IMG/VR virus record: IMGVR_UViG_3300036770_003093
Coordinates: 1 to 64,000 of that record
DNA length: 64,000 bases
Source of the DNA: a virus
Lineage: Duplodnaviria > Caudoviricetes
Direction: 5' to 3' (one strand)
In this document: positions 38,401-47,781 of the stretch, piece after piece
How the letters are laid out: each line of letters begins with the position of its first letter
Numbering within the stretch: position 1 is the first letter of the stretch
Made by a program: the position numbers and the translations under genes
The notes under the pieces: model-generated
The model's database searches: none
What the model saw: only the letters and a program-made list of their open reading frames with translations
Told to the model about the DNA's origin: nothing

Positions 38401-40486
38401 CAAATAGAACAAAAATGTTTTTGATTAATTTGAACTGTGGATGATCTTCAGGCTCCTGGAAATAATGTAAAGATTTACCATAAATGTTACTGTAGATCTT
38501 TAATTGTTTAGTACTTAGATATGGTCTATTAAAGTTTGTATCAGGTGAATGAAAACTTAAATAGTCATAAGTAAACTGATTTACAGTTGGACTTATATCT
38601 AAGAATGGATCTAGTTTAAGATCATTGAATGGGTAGTTTTGATACAGTACTGTTTCAATAAGATTACCCGTATTATCTTTTACATCATACTTACGCATGT
38701 TGTTGACAAGACCTTTAGCAATAATTGATCTGTTACCCTGACGTGTTCCTCTTAGTATTTCATACCCTACTATGTTTGTTATATCATTGCCGTCGTTGTC
38801 TTTAGGGAGCGCGATGTTTTCAAACCTTACACCCATGATGCGGATGAACTGATTTCCATTTGCATCTACCCTGAAATGCACAAGCTCGTTGCGATTTGAA
38901 TAACCATTAGGGTTATATTGATAGGTCTCAGGAAATTTGTGATGGCGAATATTTTTACCACACAAATCATAACTGCTATTAGGTATATTAAACACCCCGG
39001 TCCATGGCTGAGAACTTGAATTCCAAATATCTGGTTTATCATCAGGGTATATCTCTGTTGATTCCCAGTATCCCATATCACCTTCCGCAATGATTTGCCC
39101 TTGATAAGGTACGTCATCAACAGGCTTTGATATGTTTGGTGCAGAGGTAATAACCGCTGTGTTATATACCTGCCAGATTTCATTACCAGAACCCTCAGCA
39201 ATATTTTGTGCAGCATCTGCATTTGATACTGTTAAGAGATCATAGTTGTTATTTAAATTAGCAACACGCCCCGGTATATGATAAGAACGACTTTTATCAC
39301 CGGTATCATAAACCCACCTTATAAAAAATGAATATACCTCATCTCTTAAATAAGATGTTCTAAAGCCCCCTTTCTGATAATAATCGGCAGGGTATTCAAC
39401 AGAAACCCATTTAGCACCAATTAAGTTTGCTAGAGGTTGATAGTTGAAGTCTAACTTACCAGTTGGCCTAATTCTGAGTAAATACCTATTTACATCAAAC
39501 ACACCTTCGCTTTTCTCAAACACAGGATTTCTTAAAGGTATATTCTCAATAGGTACCGATGGTAACTCAGTAGCAATAATGTCTAGAGATATAATGTTTT
39601 GCCGGGTGCTGTAAACACCAATCCTCTTAGCAACAGTTTGTTGAGAAACTATAGATACAATTACAAGTTCAAACTCACTAAAGTTCTCTGTATCAGCATC
39701 CACTTCAATTTCTAAAGATCCTGCAAACTCAGAATCTCTATCAAATAAAACTTGAACATTACTCGGAGAAAAGTAGTTTGTTACTGTTTGTCCATCAATA
39801 CAATATGCTACTACTGCATAATATGAACCTGCTTGAAGATTACCACCACCGGGACCTTGACGCACCTTTAAACAAGGTGTTTTCATTAATGATGCTAAAC
39901 GCAATTTATCACAATCAAGCTGTGGTAAATCAACATATGTTGTACAACCATTAACTGTAGTAGGGTCTTGTTTCCATGGTGGACCATCCCACAATGACAA
40001 AGGTTGAATACAATCTTGTGGCCAAAGTTGTGGGTTACCAATGTTCATAACCCTGTCTGGGTTTAAACCATCAGCCCAATAAATTGACCATGTACAATCA
40101 GCATTTTCTCTTGATACACCAAGAATAAGATTCTCTTTCTTAAATGAAAGACAGTCGTCGTTTACAATTGTCAAATAACAACACTCGCTCTCATCATAAA
40201 GACCTATTTCTGAGTTAGTATTATTAGTAGAGTAAATAATCCACTTGTCACCAAATAGATGTGTTGTCCCTATAATTGGATATGGCGCAGCACCACACAA
40301 AAAGTTAGCAGGCTCATTTGATACTGTACCAACATCACCTGTAACAGTATTGTTTTGTAAATTTCTAGCATGTGTCCAAAAACCTTCAGGTAAGAATGTA
40401 GTATCTACATCCTTATTCATACCTTTTGTAAAAGGTCTTGTTACAACTGTGCTGCTAACATTTTCTGATGAACCTTTCTTTGCCAT
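35444..40486 (-). CDS. tail stabilisation / muzzle protein (P22 gp10-like, crAss-type)
   Basis: 1680 aa. N-terminal FTKGMNKDVD...WTHARN, YLRDEVYSFFIRW, and C-terminal WTISYD...WISFHDWKP motifs typical of crAss-like tail stabilisation proteins. Follows the ring genes. Confidence 0.75.
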   Translation of the reverse strand: MAKKGSSENVSSTVVTRPFTKGMNKDVDTTFLPEGFWTHARNLQNNTVTGDVGTVSNEPANFLCGAAPYPIIGTTHLFGDKWIIYSTNNTNSEIGLYDESECCYLTIVNDDCLSFKKENLILGVSRENADCTWSIYWADGLNPDRVMNIGNPQLWPQDCIQPLSLWDGPPWKQDPTTVNGCTTYVDLPQLDCDKLRLASLMKTPCLKVRQGPGGGNLQAGSYYAVVAYCIDGQTVTNYFSPSNVQVLFDRDSEFAGSLEIEVDADTENFSEFELVIVSIVSQQTVAKRIGVYSTRQNIISLDIIATELPSVPIENIPLRNPVFEKSEGVFDVNRYLLRIRPTGKLDFNYQPLANLIGAKWVSVEYPADYYQKGGFRTSYLRDEVYSFFIRWVYDTGDKSRSYHIPGRVANLNNNYDLLTVSNADAAQNIAEGSGNEIWQVYNTAVITSAPNISKPVDDVPYQGQIIAEGDMGYWESTEIYPDDKPDIWNSSSQPWTGVFNIPNSSYDLCGKNIRHHKFPETYQYNPNGYSNRNELVHFRVDANGNQFIRIMGVRFENIALPKDNDGNDITNIVGYEILRGTRQGNRSIIAKGLVNNMRKYDVKDNTGNLIETVLYQNYPFNDLKLDPFLDISPTVNQFTYDYLSFHSPDTNFNRPYLSTKQLKIYSNIYGKSLHYFQEPEDHPQFKLIKNIFVLFAVIAGAAYGIIKLNGKKQRSYSSPRGLNIAFPPTLNGTTLPGTFFPFFPIPGAHVTSAFQSTAGSTSASSISAIGQAALPGGQSSTSQATQAADDSFAKTLPGFLTGEYRETYESTPYDGLPLGAVDALFPFFNFINFFTEGAETAMRAIYAFTPFAQYALQSIAHGFYSNSARPIINNITREIDRNAYIRPGLITFDEDFKINNIKRNTFVGIKTTLNNQSTILLLPPNLDDSLAKPASYSDPRQEFERNISSWYGGIKVRIQNQYGQLDSIKQIPITDCEQKIDFSTLIQSSFTVNGKTYTKRVIPSGLNLNSTTAPQCLYFGGDTYIQRYTEKTTFFYFNDWLYGQPDGFEYNYYTYRMLTKPRFWVNSKQFTLSGAVNSAMNSILTGSLPSPSSGSGILPEDFYDLDNENNVFDNVDACFYLFNSGVRDFFVETERLSEFREQGLEDKDKFYDPYGFNDLETMFNANPNVIPFDNFYAYDESFSISRLFNNFISWGELQARNYDPQVSQLCYQYFPYRILYSLPQQDEQIRDSWRIYLANNYKDYRNYITGIKSISKNGAIFFFRDASPVIFQGVDELKTDLGTKVTLGDGALFSQAEQRIVNAENSFEYASCQDIRSVISTPGGLFWTSQNQGKVYQYTGQLKEISLSGLKWWFFKYMQYELLKDFPNFKLIDNPVAGIGMQTIYENVDTILYITKKDFYLKDQYKGTKRVLYDASTNEFVVDRVIRVKIGDQAFFNYFEDASWTISYDLKNEMWISFHDWKPDLLLPSKNHFSSIKGSGIWRHNNTCAQYCNYYGVDYPFEIEIPVATGQQVFTMRSVEYTVESFVARNLNNCTDDFQILDYNFDEAVIWNTEQTSGLLRLNLQSKNNGIANLAYPIINPGSIDILYAKEEQKIRFNQFWDITDDRGEFNPIAQRQIWNTQPNGYLKDLNPNNLNYNKLQTQRKKFRHYLNYVLFRRRVSGNVNMILRSFNEKLQYSSR

Positions 40487-41535
40487 TACAGTATATATGA
40501 TCTTCTATAAGGATAAGCTATCTGATTCCATGGATAGCTCTTAAACATGTCATAGTATTTAGCATACATTGCACGCCGGTTAGTTTCCCAGAGCTGTTTC
40601 ATCTCAGCAAAGTTTGGCATGTTGATAAAGCTTAATGCTGTATTACGAGCAGCTCTATATCTGGCTTCTATTAACTGCATCTTGGCAGTCACATCTTCGC
40701 CGTTCATAAGGAGATTCTCGAGTATGCGTTGTTTCAGCGCGTACTCATAATACTCATTAAGATACTCATGATCTGGCACCAGTAGATTACCATCTTCGTC
40801 TTCTAAAGAACCTTGGTAGTTTAGATACACATTACCATGCTCAAAATTGACATATAGGAAACCATCTTTGATCCAACCCTCGTGTTGTGATTTCCAATAT
40901 AAGTTTGGGCAACCACATTCTACGTCTTGTGATTCACGCAATCTTAATGGGTGCACACTACGATAATGACGAGTTTGTGATTTTAGAATCTGTACAATCT
41001 CATACTGCTCTCCCTTTTGATTCACAAAAGTTCGCGGGCGCACGCATACATTACCATATGGATTATTAGGATCATACACATTAGTTTGTGTATATACAGT
41101 ACCATTATCTCCGGGCATGCACATAGCAGGTGTACAACCACAAGGTGTGCAACCACAATCTGCACAGTTTACTGTAGGCTCTGCACACTGATTAATTGTT
41201 CCAGGTGTTTCTGTATAAGTAGGAACAACCTTAACTTCTTCAATATGAGTACCTTGTGGAACAAACTCTTTTGTTGTAAGATCTGCACAAATCAATGCGT
41301 AGTTTACACTAAAGAAATCTTCTGGAAGTTGAACCTTATAATTACAAACTTCTAGTACAGTTTCTTTAGTCATGTAAATCCTGAGACCTAAATCATAGGT
41401 AACACGTTTTGCAACCTTGATCAAAGTTTGTGGGTCAATCATATTATCCAAAGCATATTGCCTGAAATCAACGTTGACGTCCTCTAACAAACTGTCAAAG
41501 GTTTTATATTTAATTGTATAGTTATACGTAGCCAT
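40486..41535 (-). CDS. tail ring / tail tubular protein
   Basis: GNVYLNYQGSLEDEDGNLLVPDH motif of crAss-like tail tubular proteins. Carries a Cys-rich insertion. Adjacent to the muzzle gene. Confidence 0.65.
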   Translation of the reverse strand: MATYNYTIKYKTFDSLLEDVNVDFRQYALDNMIDPQTLIKVAKRVTYDLGLRIYMTKETVLEVCNYKVQLPEDFFSVNYALICADLTTKEFVPQGTHIEEVKVVPTYTETPGTINQCAEPTVNCADCGCTPCGCTPAMCMPGDNGTVYTQTNVYDPNNPYGNVCVRPRTFVNQKGEQYEIVQILKSQTRHYRSVHPLRLRESQDVECGCPNLYWKSQHEGWIKDGFLYVNFEHGNVYLNYQGSLEDEDGNLLVPDHEYLNEYYEYALKQRILENLLMNGEDVTAKMQLIEARYRAARNTALSFINMPNFAEMKQLWETNRRAMYAKYYDMFKSYPWNQIAYPYRRSYIL

Positions 41536-42206
41536 TACCGTAGAATATTCTGTTTATCATCTTGACCATCACTTGGAATACTGGCGCCGGCAGTAAGTTC
41601 TTTTAAAGCAAACTGCTCTATCTCAGCAAACAAGTAATCTGGTACATTAAAGTTTTGTTCCTGGCGCGGTATACACTGTTCTTCTGAGTCACACTGAAAA
41701 GCTCCAATATTACCTTCAAAGATTGCTTCTACCTTAATGGCTTCCCATGTTTGATTAGGTATATAGATATAATCGTTTATGATCCAGCAATAGACATTCT
41801 TGTTGTACTTAAAAGTACTAGTCTTAGTCATGGATGTGTATGTACCGGGATCAGTAATCGTTACAGATTGAGATCCATCAATAGATGTAATTGATCTAAA
41901 CATGGGACCATAAGTAGCATCTAAGATCTTTGGGAGTTTGTCTTTAGTACGCATGATGGTACAATTTGTTTTGATCCCAGAGCAACATGCTTCTATCTTG
42001 TCAACCTCAATAAGTTCTACACAAGGTAGCACGCTATAGATAGATGACATGCGAATAATCTTACCGCGGTCATCATCTCTCTTTATCAAGAGTTTAGCAT
42101 ATTTCAATATTACTGTATACAACATACGATCAGTAATGAAGCTGTCTTCATTGACAGCTTTCATTATACTCCGTAATCTTGATACAGCATCACCTATAGT
42201 ATTCAT
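41535..42206 (-). CDS. tail ring protein
   Basis: 223 aa with VLPCVELIEVDKIEACC...MRTKDKLP. Size and synteny match crAss-like ring proteins. Confidence 0.55.
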   Translation of the reverse strand: MNTIGDAVSRLRSIMKAVNEDSFITDRMLYTVILKYAKLLIKRDDDRGKIIRMSSIYSVLPCVELIEVDKIEACCSGIKTNCTIMRTKDKLPKILDATYGPMFRSITSIDGSQSVTITDPGTYTSMTKTSTFKYNKNVYCWIINDYIYIPNQTWEAIKVEAIFEGNIGAFQCDSEEQCIPRQEQNFNVPDYLFAEIEQFALKELTAGASIPSDGQDDKQNILR

Positions 42207-42787
42207 ACATCAAATTCATTATAGTTAACCAGAGACTTTTCAATTAAGAACTTGCTCCGGCGTTTTTTAATTTGATCTTCAATTAGTTTAGAGATCTTCT
42301 TTTTACTGTCTACTACAATATATGTCTGCCAATAATCAGGAAAGGTTTTAGCAACAGTTCTTGAAAATAAACGCGCGGGTTTAAATTGCCATAACTCTCT
42401 GTTAGGAAAAGTATAACGGCTAGCATAATTGCTATAGAAGATCTTACCTAAATAACTATCAGATCCAATATTACTATGAATAACCTTTACGCCATATTTA
42501 ATTGATTTACCAAAGTCTATATTTTCTTTTTTAGGTCTTTGACAACTACCAATAAATACGTATCCCATTCTTTGTGGTAACTCTACACCGTCTCTGTTTT
42601 CAATAACTCTTTCAGTAACTTCAATGTTAAACTTCCTGATCACAGTTTTAAATTCTCTTATTGATAGCTTAGGCATATCAGGATTCTTTTCTGCAAATCT
42701 TTTTAAAAAGTCAGCATCAATCAAACTGATTTGTTTTTGAGCGAATCTAGGGAGATTTAAATCAGGCTTTTTAAACGCTTTATTCAT
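42203..42787 (-). CDS. IHF/HU-like DNA-binding protein (crAss-type)
   Basis: Basic 194-aa protein with GVELPQRMGYVFI and WQFKPAR motifs, like the IHF-related gene conserved upstream of crAss tail genes. Confidence 0.55.
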   Translation of the reverse strand: MNKAFKKPDLNLPRFAQKQISLIDADFLKRFAEKNPDMPKLSIREFKTVIRKFNIEVTERVIENRDGVELPQRMGYVFIGSCQRPKKENIDFGKSIKYGVKVIHSNIGSDSYLGKIFYSNYASRYTFPNRELWQFKPARLFSRTVAKTFPDYWQTYIVVDSKKKISKLIEDQIKKRRSKFLIEKSLVNYNEFDV

Positions 42788-42830
42788 AATTATAATATAC
42801 TAATTATATGGCTTCTTTACAAATATATAC

Positions 42831-42862
42831 AAAAAGCAAGCCCCCATTAAAGGGGGCCGCTT
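42831..42862 (-). terminator. intrinsic terminator downstream of the Cys-rich gene block
   Basis: Minus strand AAGCGGCCCCC-tttaat-GGGGGCTTGCTT followed by a T run. Confidence 0.8.
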
Positions 42863-42865
42863 CGT

Positions 42866-42894
42866 TGTCACAGATAAACCAACAAACTGAGACA
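42866..42894 (-). other. 3'-UTR stem-loop, candidate antisense RNA element
   Basis: TGTCTCAG-(TTTGTTGGTTTAT)-CTGTGACA, 7 of 8 stem positions paired. The loop is complementary to the AAACCAACAAA leaders. Confidence 0.45.
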
Positions 42895-42898
42895 TATT

Positions 42899-43789
42899 TT
42901 AGCAAGGATCTCCTACAGTTACTGTACCACCTACAATATACCAAGAGTTATTGCTTGCACATACAGCCAGGGTACCTAATGGAGCAATAGCTGTTGGGCC
43001 AATAAACTCTCCACTGCAATCTACATAGTAAGCATTTGCACCACCACCGCCGGCAGTAAAGGTGATGTTGCGACAATCGTAGCAGCAACCACCAGGTGTA
43101 ATTACAATACCACTTGGTACAGGAATAATGGTTAAGTCATTTACTGAGCAAACAGAAACAGTTTCATTGACATCAATTGATGGGAATGCCTCTGTTGAAC
43201 CATCACAATCTGTAATGTTAAAGGTTGCACAAGGTGTAAGTGTTGCATCAGCAGTAGCAGTTACTCCTGGTACAGGAGGAGGATCAATAACTACACTAGG
43301 TGTACTAGTATAACCAGTTCCTGGCGCTACTAAGTTTACTGCAGCAATAGTATTTCCACCACCTACTACAGCATTAGCAGTAGCACCTAAACCACCTCCA
43401 CCAGTAATTGTTACTGTAGGCGGATTTAATGGATCATAGTTGGTACCAGCATTTGTTACAGTAAATGTCATTACTGTATACTGACACTCGATATCATAAC
43501 CATCACATGTAGGTACAGGGGTGAATGTTACTGAAAAAGGTACACGTTTGTTTAATGATACCTCTGATTCACAAGTTGGTTGTACGTATCCCTCAAAGGT
43601 TACTGCGTCACATGTCTCGTTATCAACAGTAGTAATAATGTTTGCATTACAAGATGCTCCTCCACCGGTACATGTTACAACAGTTGTACAATCATAAGGT
43701 GAAGAAGGACTGGTTCTCCAACATACGCGATGATTTCCTGCGTAGTTAGAATTAAAGGTTACCGTAATTGTTGCTGGTATTGGTGCCAT
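42899..43789 (-). CDS. Cys-rich virion structural protein
   Basis: Contains VTNAGTNY...PTVTITGGGGLGATANA...GTGYTSTPSV, a beta-repeat common in phage structural proteins. Many Cys. Confidence 0.55.
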   Translation of the reverse strand: MAPIPATITVTFNSNYAGNHRVCWRTSPSSPYDCTTVVTCTGGGASCNANIITTVDNETCDAVTFEGYVQPTCESEVSLNKRVPFSVTFTPVPTCDGYDIECQYTVMTFTVTNAGTNYDPLNPPTVTITGGGGLGATANAVVGGGNTIAAVNLVAPGTGYTSTPSVVIDPPPVPGVTATADATLTPCATFNITDCDGSTEAFPSIDVNETVSVCSVNDLTIIPVPSGIVITPGGCCYDCRNITFTAGGGGANAYYVDCSGEFIGPTAIAPLGTLAVCASNNSWYIVGGTVTVGDPC

Positions 43790-43792
43790 GAA

Positions 43793-44335
43793 TTATGAGT
43801 TTAATGTTCTTACTCTAATAGTTACTGAATTACAAGGGCCGCCACTAGCACATGCTGTAACAACACGAATGTAATATTCTGTGTTAGCAGTTAGACCAAT
43901 GAGTGTGTCTGTTAATAAGGTAGTCGCCACATTAGGTTGTGTAAATGGTCCTAACAAACTAGTAGCGACAGATAATTGATAATTTACTGCAGTAGGATTA
44001 CTTGTCCAGCTAACAGTAATAGCACTAGATGTTACATTACTTACAGATAAACCAGTAGTTGCTAGACATGTACCTGTTGGATCAATACAACCATCAATTT
44101 GATTAAGGATGTATTTTTCCATAATGTTACAGAGAGTGTCTCCTGTTTCAATAATAAATGGGTCAAGATCTACAATAGTGGGCCCGTTATAAACGACACA
44201 ACACATATTATAAAACTCTGAACAAATCTCAGGAGTAGGACAACCCACACCGCTTGGACAAGCAGGTGGGGTTGTCATGTAAGAATCACAAGTACATTTA
44301 GTCTTGCTGCAGTTACAATTGTTGCAGGTGCTCAT
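43793..44335 (-). CDS. Cys-rich structural protein with fibronectin type III domain
   Basis: TGLSVSNVTSSAITVSW...YQL...GLTANTEYYIRVVT is an FN3 pattern. Cys-rich N-terminus. Confidence 0.7.
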   Translation of the reverse strand: MSTCNNCNCSKTKCTCDSYMTTPPACPSGVGCPTPEICSEFYNMCCVVYNGPTIVDLDPFIIETGDTLCNIMEKYILNQIDGCIDPTGTCLATTGLSVSNVTSSAITVSWTSNPTAVNYQLSVATSLLGPFTQPNVATTLLTDTLIGLTANTEYYIRVVTACASGGPCNSVTIRVRTLNS

Positions 44336-44336
44336 T

Positions 44337-45833
44337 TTAGTATGTTAAGTTAGCTATTACTGAATCTGGAGCTTCACAAAGATCTGACAAAGTACTGGTT
44401 ATGTTATAAGAACATTCTTGTTCTTCAGAACCAACAACTATGCGCAGACGCACGCGATATGTGGTAGAACTTGTCAATCCACTAAATGTACCACTATAAG
44501 CAGCAGGAGCAGCTCCAGCAACTTGTACATATGTAGTAATCAAAGAGCCTGGTGAACCACCATCCCATAACTCAACATTGTAGGTAGCTACACCACCAGG
44601 GTGGTTAAAGCTCCATGCAATAGTAGTTGCTGTAGGAGTAAGTGTTACCACAGGACAAGGAATAGTATTATTCACAGTATCATTGAGCACTTGGAAACAA
44701 GTTTGACCAATAGATGTATTAGTAAAACATGTTGTAGCACTAATCGTAAAATCCAACAAAGGATTCAACGGTGTACTAGCTATTGATATTCCATAGTAAG
44801 TGCTATTGATAAGTGAAGGAATACTAACAATGGCATTGTAGAGATTTCCTGCTGTATCCAAAATTGTAAATGTGGTTGAACCAGAACACTCAACAAAACC
44901 TGCAGGAATAGTGCCGGTAAAGTATAAGCGAAGTTCTCCACTTACAACCAGAGCTTGAAGAACAATATCTAAATCTTCACAACCATTTGGACAACAGTTT
45001 GCTTGAATATTTTGTACTGCAGCACGCAAATCACATATGGTTAACCACATGTTTGTCACTGAGTCAGATAAGTTTGTTACAGTATTAACCCATCCAGGAA
45101 GAGATGACATATTACCTAAACCTGGTGCAAGTGCTGGGCTATTGTTTAGATTAGGACACTGATTAGCAATTGCTGAAAAAATATCAGCTGGTAAACCAGT
45201 AGAAGTTCTTAATTGACAAAACTGAGTTTCAAGAGCTTCTAAAATAATGTCAATTGTTGTAGGTACTGGTGGTGTAATTACACAATCAGGAGTAAAGCTT
45301 GGTAGTGTAAATGTGGGCGCCGGTGCATTTTCTAATGCTGTAACCCGAATATTTAACTGAGATATTGCTAACTGTATCTGAGTAATATCACTTACAATAT
45401 CACACAACCTGTTACCAATTAGATTTACGTAATCTGTTAGTGACAAAAAGCGAACTTGATCACCAAGGTTATTCGTGTAATAGAAGCATTCTGCAATTGG
45501 TACAACACAGTTATCTGGACAACCACCACCAGTGCTAGAAATACCAGGGACAGAATTTCCCTGTAATTCACAAATCTTCTGGATCAGAATATTGATAAGA
45601 TCCTTGAAGTTTTCTGGCGTAGGACAACCTAAATTTAAACATGTAAGATCATAATGTTGAAGATCAAACATGTCAATAAGTTTGCACAATTCTGTAGCTA
45701 ACTTATAAACTACATCAGTAATAGTATCTCCACTGCATAGATTAATGCATGGAATATCTGGGCCCTGCCACACTACACAGTTTGATGAAACCGGTGTGCA
45801 TCCGCCATTCTTATTTTTATTTACTGGTACCAT
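44337..45833 (-). CDS. Cys-rich fibre-like structural protein with coiled coils and C-terminal FN3 domain
   Basis: The track ORF starts at 45887, but ATG 45833 (MVPVNK) avoids overlap with the upstream gene and follows a TATATTA motif. SSNCVVWQGPDIPC motif; GLTSSTTYRVRL FN3-like end. Confidence 0.65.
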   Translation of the reverse strand: MVPVNKNKNGGCTPVSSNCVVWQGPDIPCINLCSGDTITDVVYKLATELCKLIDMFDLQHYDLTCLNLGCPTPENFKDLINILIQKICELQGNSVPGISSTGGGCPDNCVVPIAECFYYTNNLGDQVRFLSLTDYVNLIGNRLCDIVSDITQIQLAISQLNIRVTALENAPAPTFTLPSFTPDCVITPPVPTTIDIILEALETQFCQLRTSTGLPADIFSAIANQCPNLNNSPALAPGLGNMSSLPGWVNTVTNLSDSVTNMWLTICDLRAAVQNIQANCCPNGCEDLDIVLQALVVSGELRLYFTGTIPAGFVECSGSTTFTILDTAGNLYNAIVSIPSLINSTYYGISIASTPLNPLLDFTISATTCFTNTSIGQTCFQVLNDTVNNTIPCPVVTLTPTATTIAWSFNHPGGVATYNVELWDGGSPGSLITTYVQVAGAAPAAYSGTFSGLTSSTTYRVRLRIVVGSEEQECSYNITSTLSDLCEAPDSVIANLTY

Positions 45834-45862
45834 GTTATTTAATATACAATTTTTTGGGTTAT

Positions 45863-47560
45863 TTAGCAACTTGAACAACCTATACAACCAGATGTACAGT
45901 CAGATGTACAATTAGATGTACAACCACACTGACTGCTTACGCTAGTACAATTTTGAGGACCTGTTAGTTGCAACATTAGAAGTTTTTCTCTTTCTAGATA
46001 TGTTTCAAGCAGATCATACTCACAACATACAGTTATCCCATATCTCTTGGATAACATGTCTGAATAATATGCTTCAACAAATGCACAGTTTACAAGAATT
46101 TCTTTCTCCTCTGTACATGCTTTAGGAATATATCCAGGTTCAACATAAAACTTGGTTTTCTTTACAGGTTTAGGTAAACATAAATCACAGCGACTAAAGG
46201 ACGCAGTTTTTACAGTTGCTTGAATACAATCGCAACCTTCTTCACTACCTGCAGATACAGTCCAGCATTTTGGAGAACCTTGTATCTGAATTACATTACC
46301 AATTTCATTAGTAAGATCTTCATTAGAATAGATAATATCTGTAGGATCCTCACAGTTTGTTAGAATAAAACATGGTATTCTACAAACATCACAATCAGCA
46401 ATAATCTCATAAATAAAAGGTGATGGTGTAATAATAACCTCATCACAAGAACCATCAATAATTGTGTAGCAACCTTTTATACTCTCAGGTTGAGATATAT
46501 AAATAGTTGTACCAATCATGTTATTTAAATCAACACTAATGCTAATCTGTGAACCATCAGCACATGATTGTAATACGGTACATGTTGATGCTGCTGTATC
46601 TTCACTCCAAACAGCTCGTGGTAGATAATAAACATTATCAGATACTGAAACATTCAGCATTTCATCTGTAGTAGAATACACTGGACCACCACTACCTGCG
46701 CCACTTCCTGTTACATATCCATCAGTGGCAGTATACATATGAGCACCATGATGAAAATCCGCACCTGGTGTAGGACCACTTAAAACTATCCAGTTAGCAC
46801 CAGCATCAATAGTTTGCAGTCTAAGTTCTGAGTTACCGGTTGCCCATAATAAATTATCACTTCTCCATGTTAAGTGTAAAAGATTAGAACGTAGCTCAGG
46901 CGTGTATACAACAGTAAAAAGACCACCAGCATTTGTGCTTCTCCAAATATTATTATTGGTAACAGCAATAATTGTTTGTTGATCTTGGCTGATATGTATA
47001 CCAACAATAGGATCATTAATTGTTCCAATTGATCCTGGTAATGCACCCCAGTTAGAACCAGCATCTAAAGTGTAATATACCTCACCATTTACACCACCAA
47101 CAACGCCTATATTACTAGTGATAAAATGTACTGAATATAGATCAACCGGATTAGATGAATTATCTAATACTTGTCCAACTAAATTAAATGAATTAGCTTG
47201 ATTGTTAGAATAGGCAACTCTTCCTTGATCACCAACAACAACAACGTTGTTAGCATCAATATACCATACTTCACGCCAGGTAAATGCATTAGTCCACACA
47301 CTTTGGTAATTACCAGAAGGTGAAGCCCACAATACACCAGCATTGTTAGAAACAATAATACCTTTACTATTAGAAGGTACAGAACCTGTCATACCAACAG
47401 CAACTACTGAATCAGCAGATCCTGGTTTTGCCATGATATCCAATATGGAATCCATGCGCAAATTGGGAAAAAGATTAGATGTTAAATCAACCCATGGTGT
47501 GGTATGATTATCTAATCTTTTTACAAGACTATTGTCTCCAACTACATATGTTTTAAACAT
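45863..47560 (-). CDS. BNR/Asp-box beta-propeller protein with Cys-rich C-terminus (putative receptor-binding/appendage protein)
   Basis: Repeated S/TxDAGxxW-type boxes (SNNAGVLW, TLDAGSNW, STNAGGLF, TIDAGANW). Confidence 0.7.
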   Translation of the reverse strand: MFKTYVVGDNSLVKRLDNHTTPWVDLTSNLFPNLRMDSILDIMAKPGSADSVVAVGMTGSVPSNSKGIIVSNNAGVLWASPSGNYQSVWTNAFTWREVWYIDANNVVVVGDQGRVAYSNNQANSFNLVGQVLDNSSNPVDLYSVHFITSNIGVVGGVNGEVYYTLDAGSNWGALPGSIGTINDPIVGIHISQDQQTIIAVTNNNIWRSTNAGGLFTVVYTPELRSNLLHLTWRSDNLLWATGNSELRLQTIDAGANWIVLSGPTPGADFHHGAHMYTATDGYVTGSGAGSGGPVYSTTDEMLNVSVSDNVYYLPRAVWSEDTAASTCTVLQSCADGSQISISVDLNNMIGTTIYISQPESIKGCYTIIDGSCDEVIITPSPFIYEIIADCDVCRIPCFILTNCEDPTDIIYSNEDLTNEIGNVIQIQGSPKCWTVSAGSEEGCDCIQATVKTASFSRCDLCLPKPVKKTKFYVEPGYIPKACTEEKEILVNCAFVEAYYSDMLSKRYGITVCCEYDLLETYLEREKLLMLQLTGPQNCTSVSSQCGCTSNCTSDCTSGCIGCSSC

Positions 47561-47762
47561 CGCTTAATCTTACACTTACTTTTTGAATAACAGGTGCATC
47601 AGATTTTGTAGGATTTGGTTGTACAAGTTTGTTTCTGTTTGTAAGAGACAGATCGTACTCATACTTCGCCGCGCAGTTTACACAAACTGAGCGTCCATCA
47701 GTAGCTGTTTTACGTTGACAACCACACCCTAGTTTACTTTTGCAATTTGAACATTGTGCCAT
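47553..47762 (-). CDS. small Cys-rich protein
   Basis: CSNC...GCGC...CVNC in 69 aa, preceded by an AAACCAACAAA leader. Confidence 0.65.
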   Translation of the reverse strand: MAQCSNCKSKLGCGCQRKTATDGRSVCVNCAAKYEYDLSLTNRNKLVQPNPTKSDAPVIQKVSVRLSDV

Positions 47763-47781
47763 ATTTGTTGGTTTTAAATAG

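Noticed and set aside
45834-45887. Track start of the 516-aa ORF at 45887
   Set aside because: It overlaps the upstream gene and spans a promoter-like motif; ATG 45833 is more plausible.
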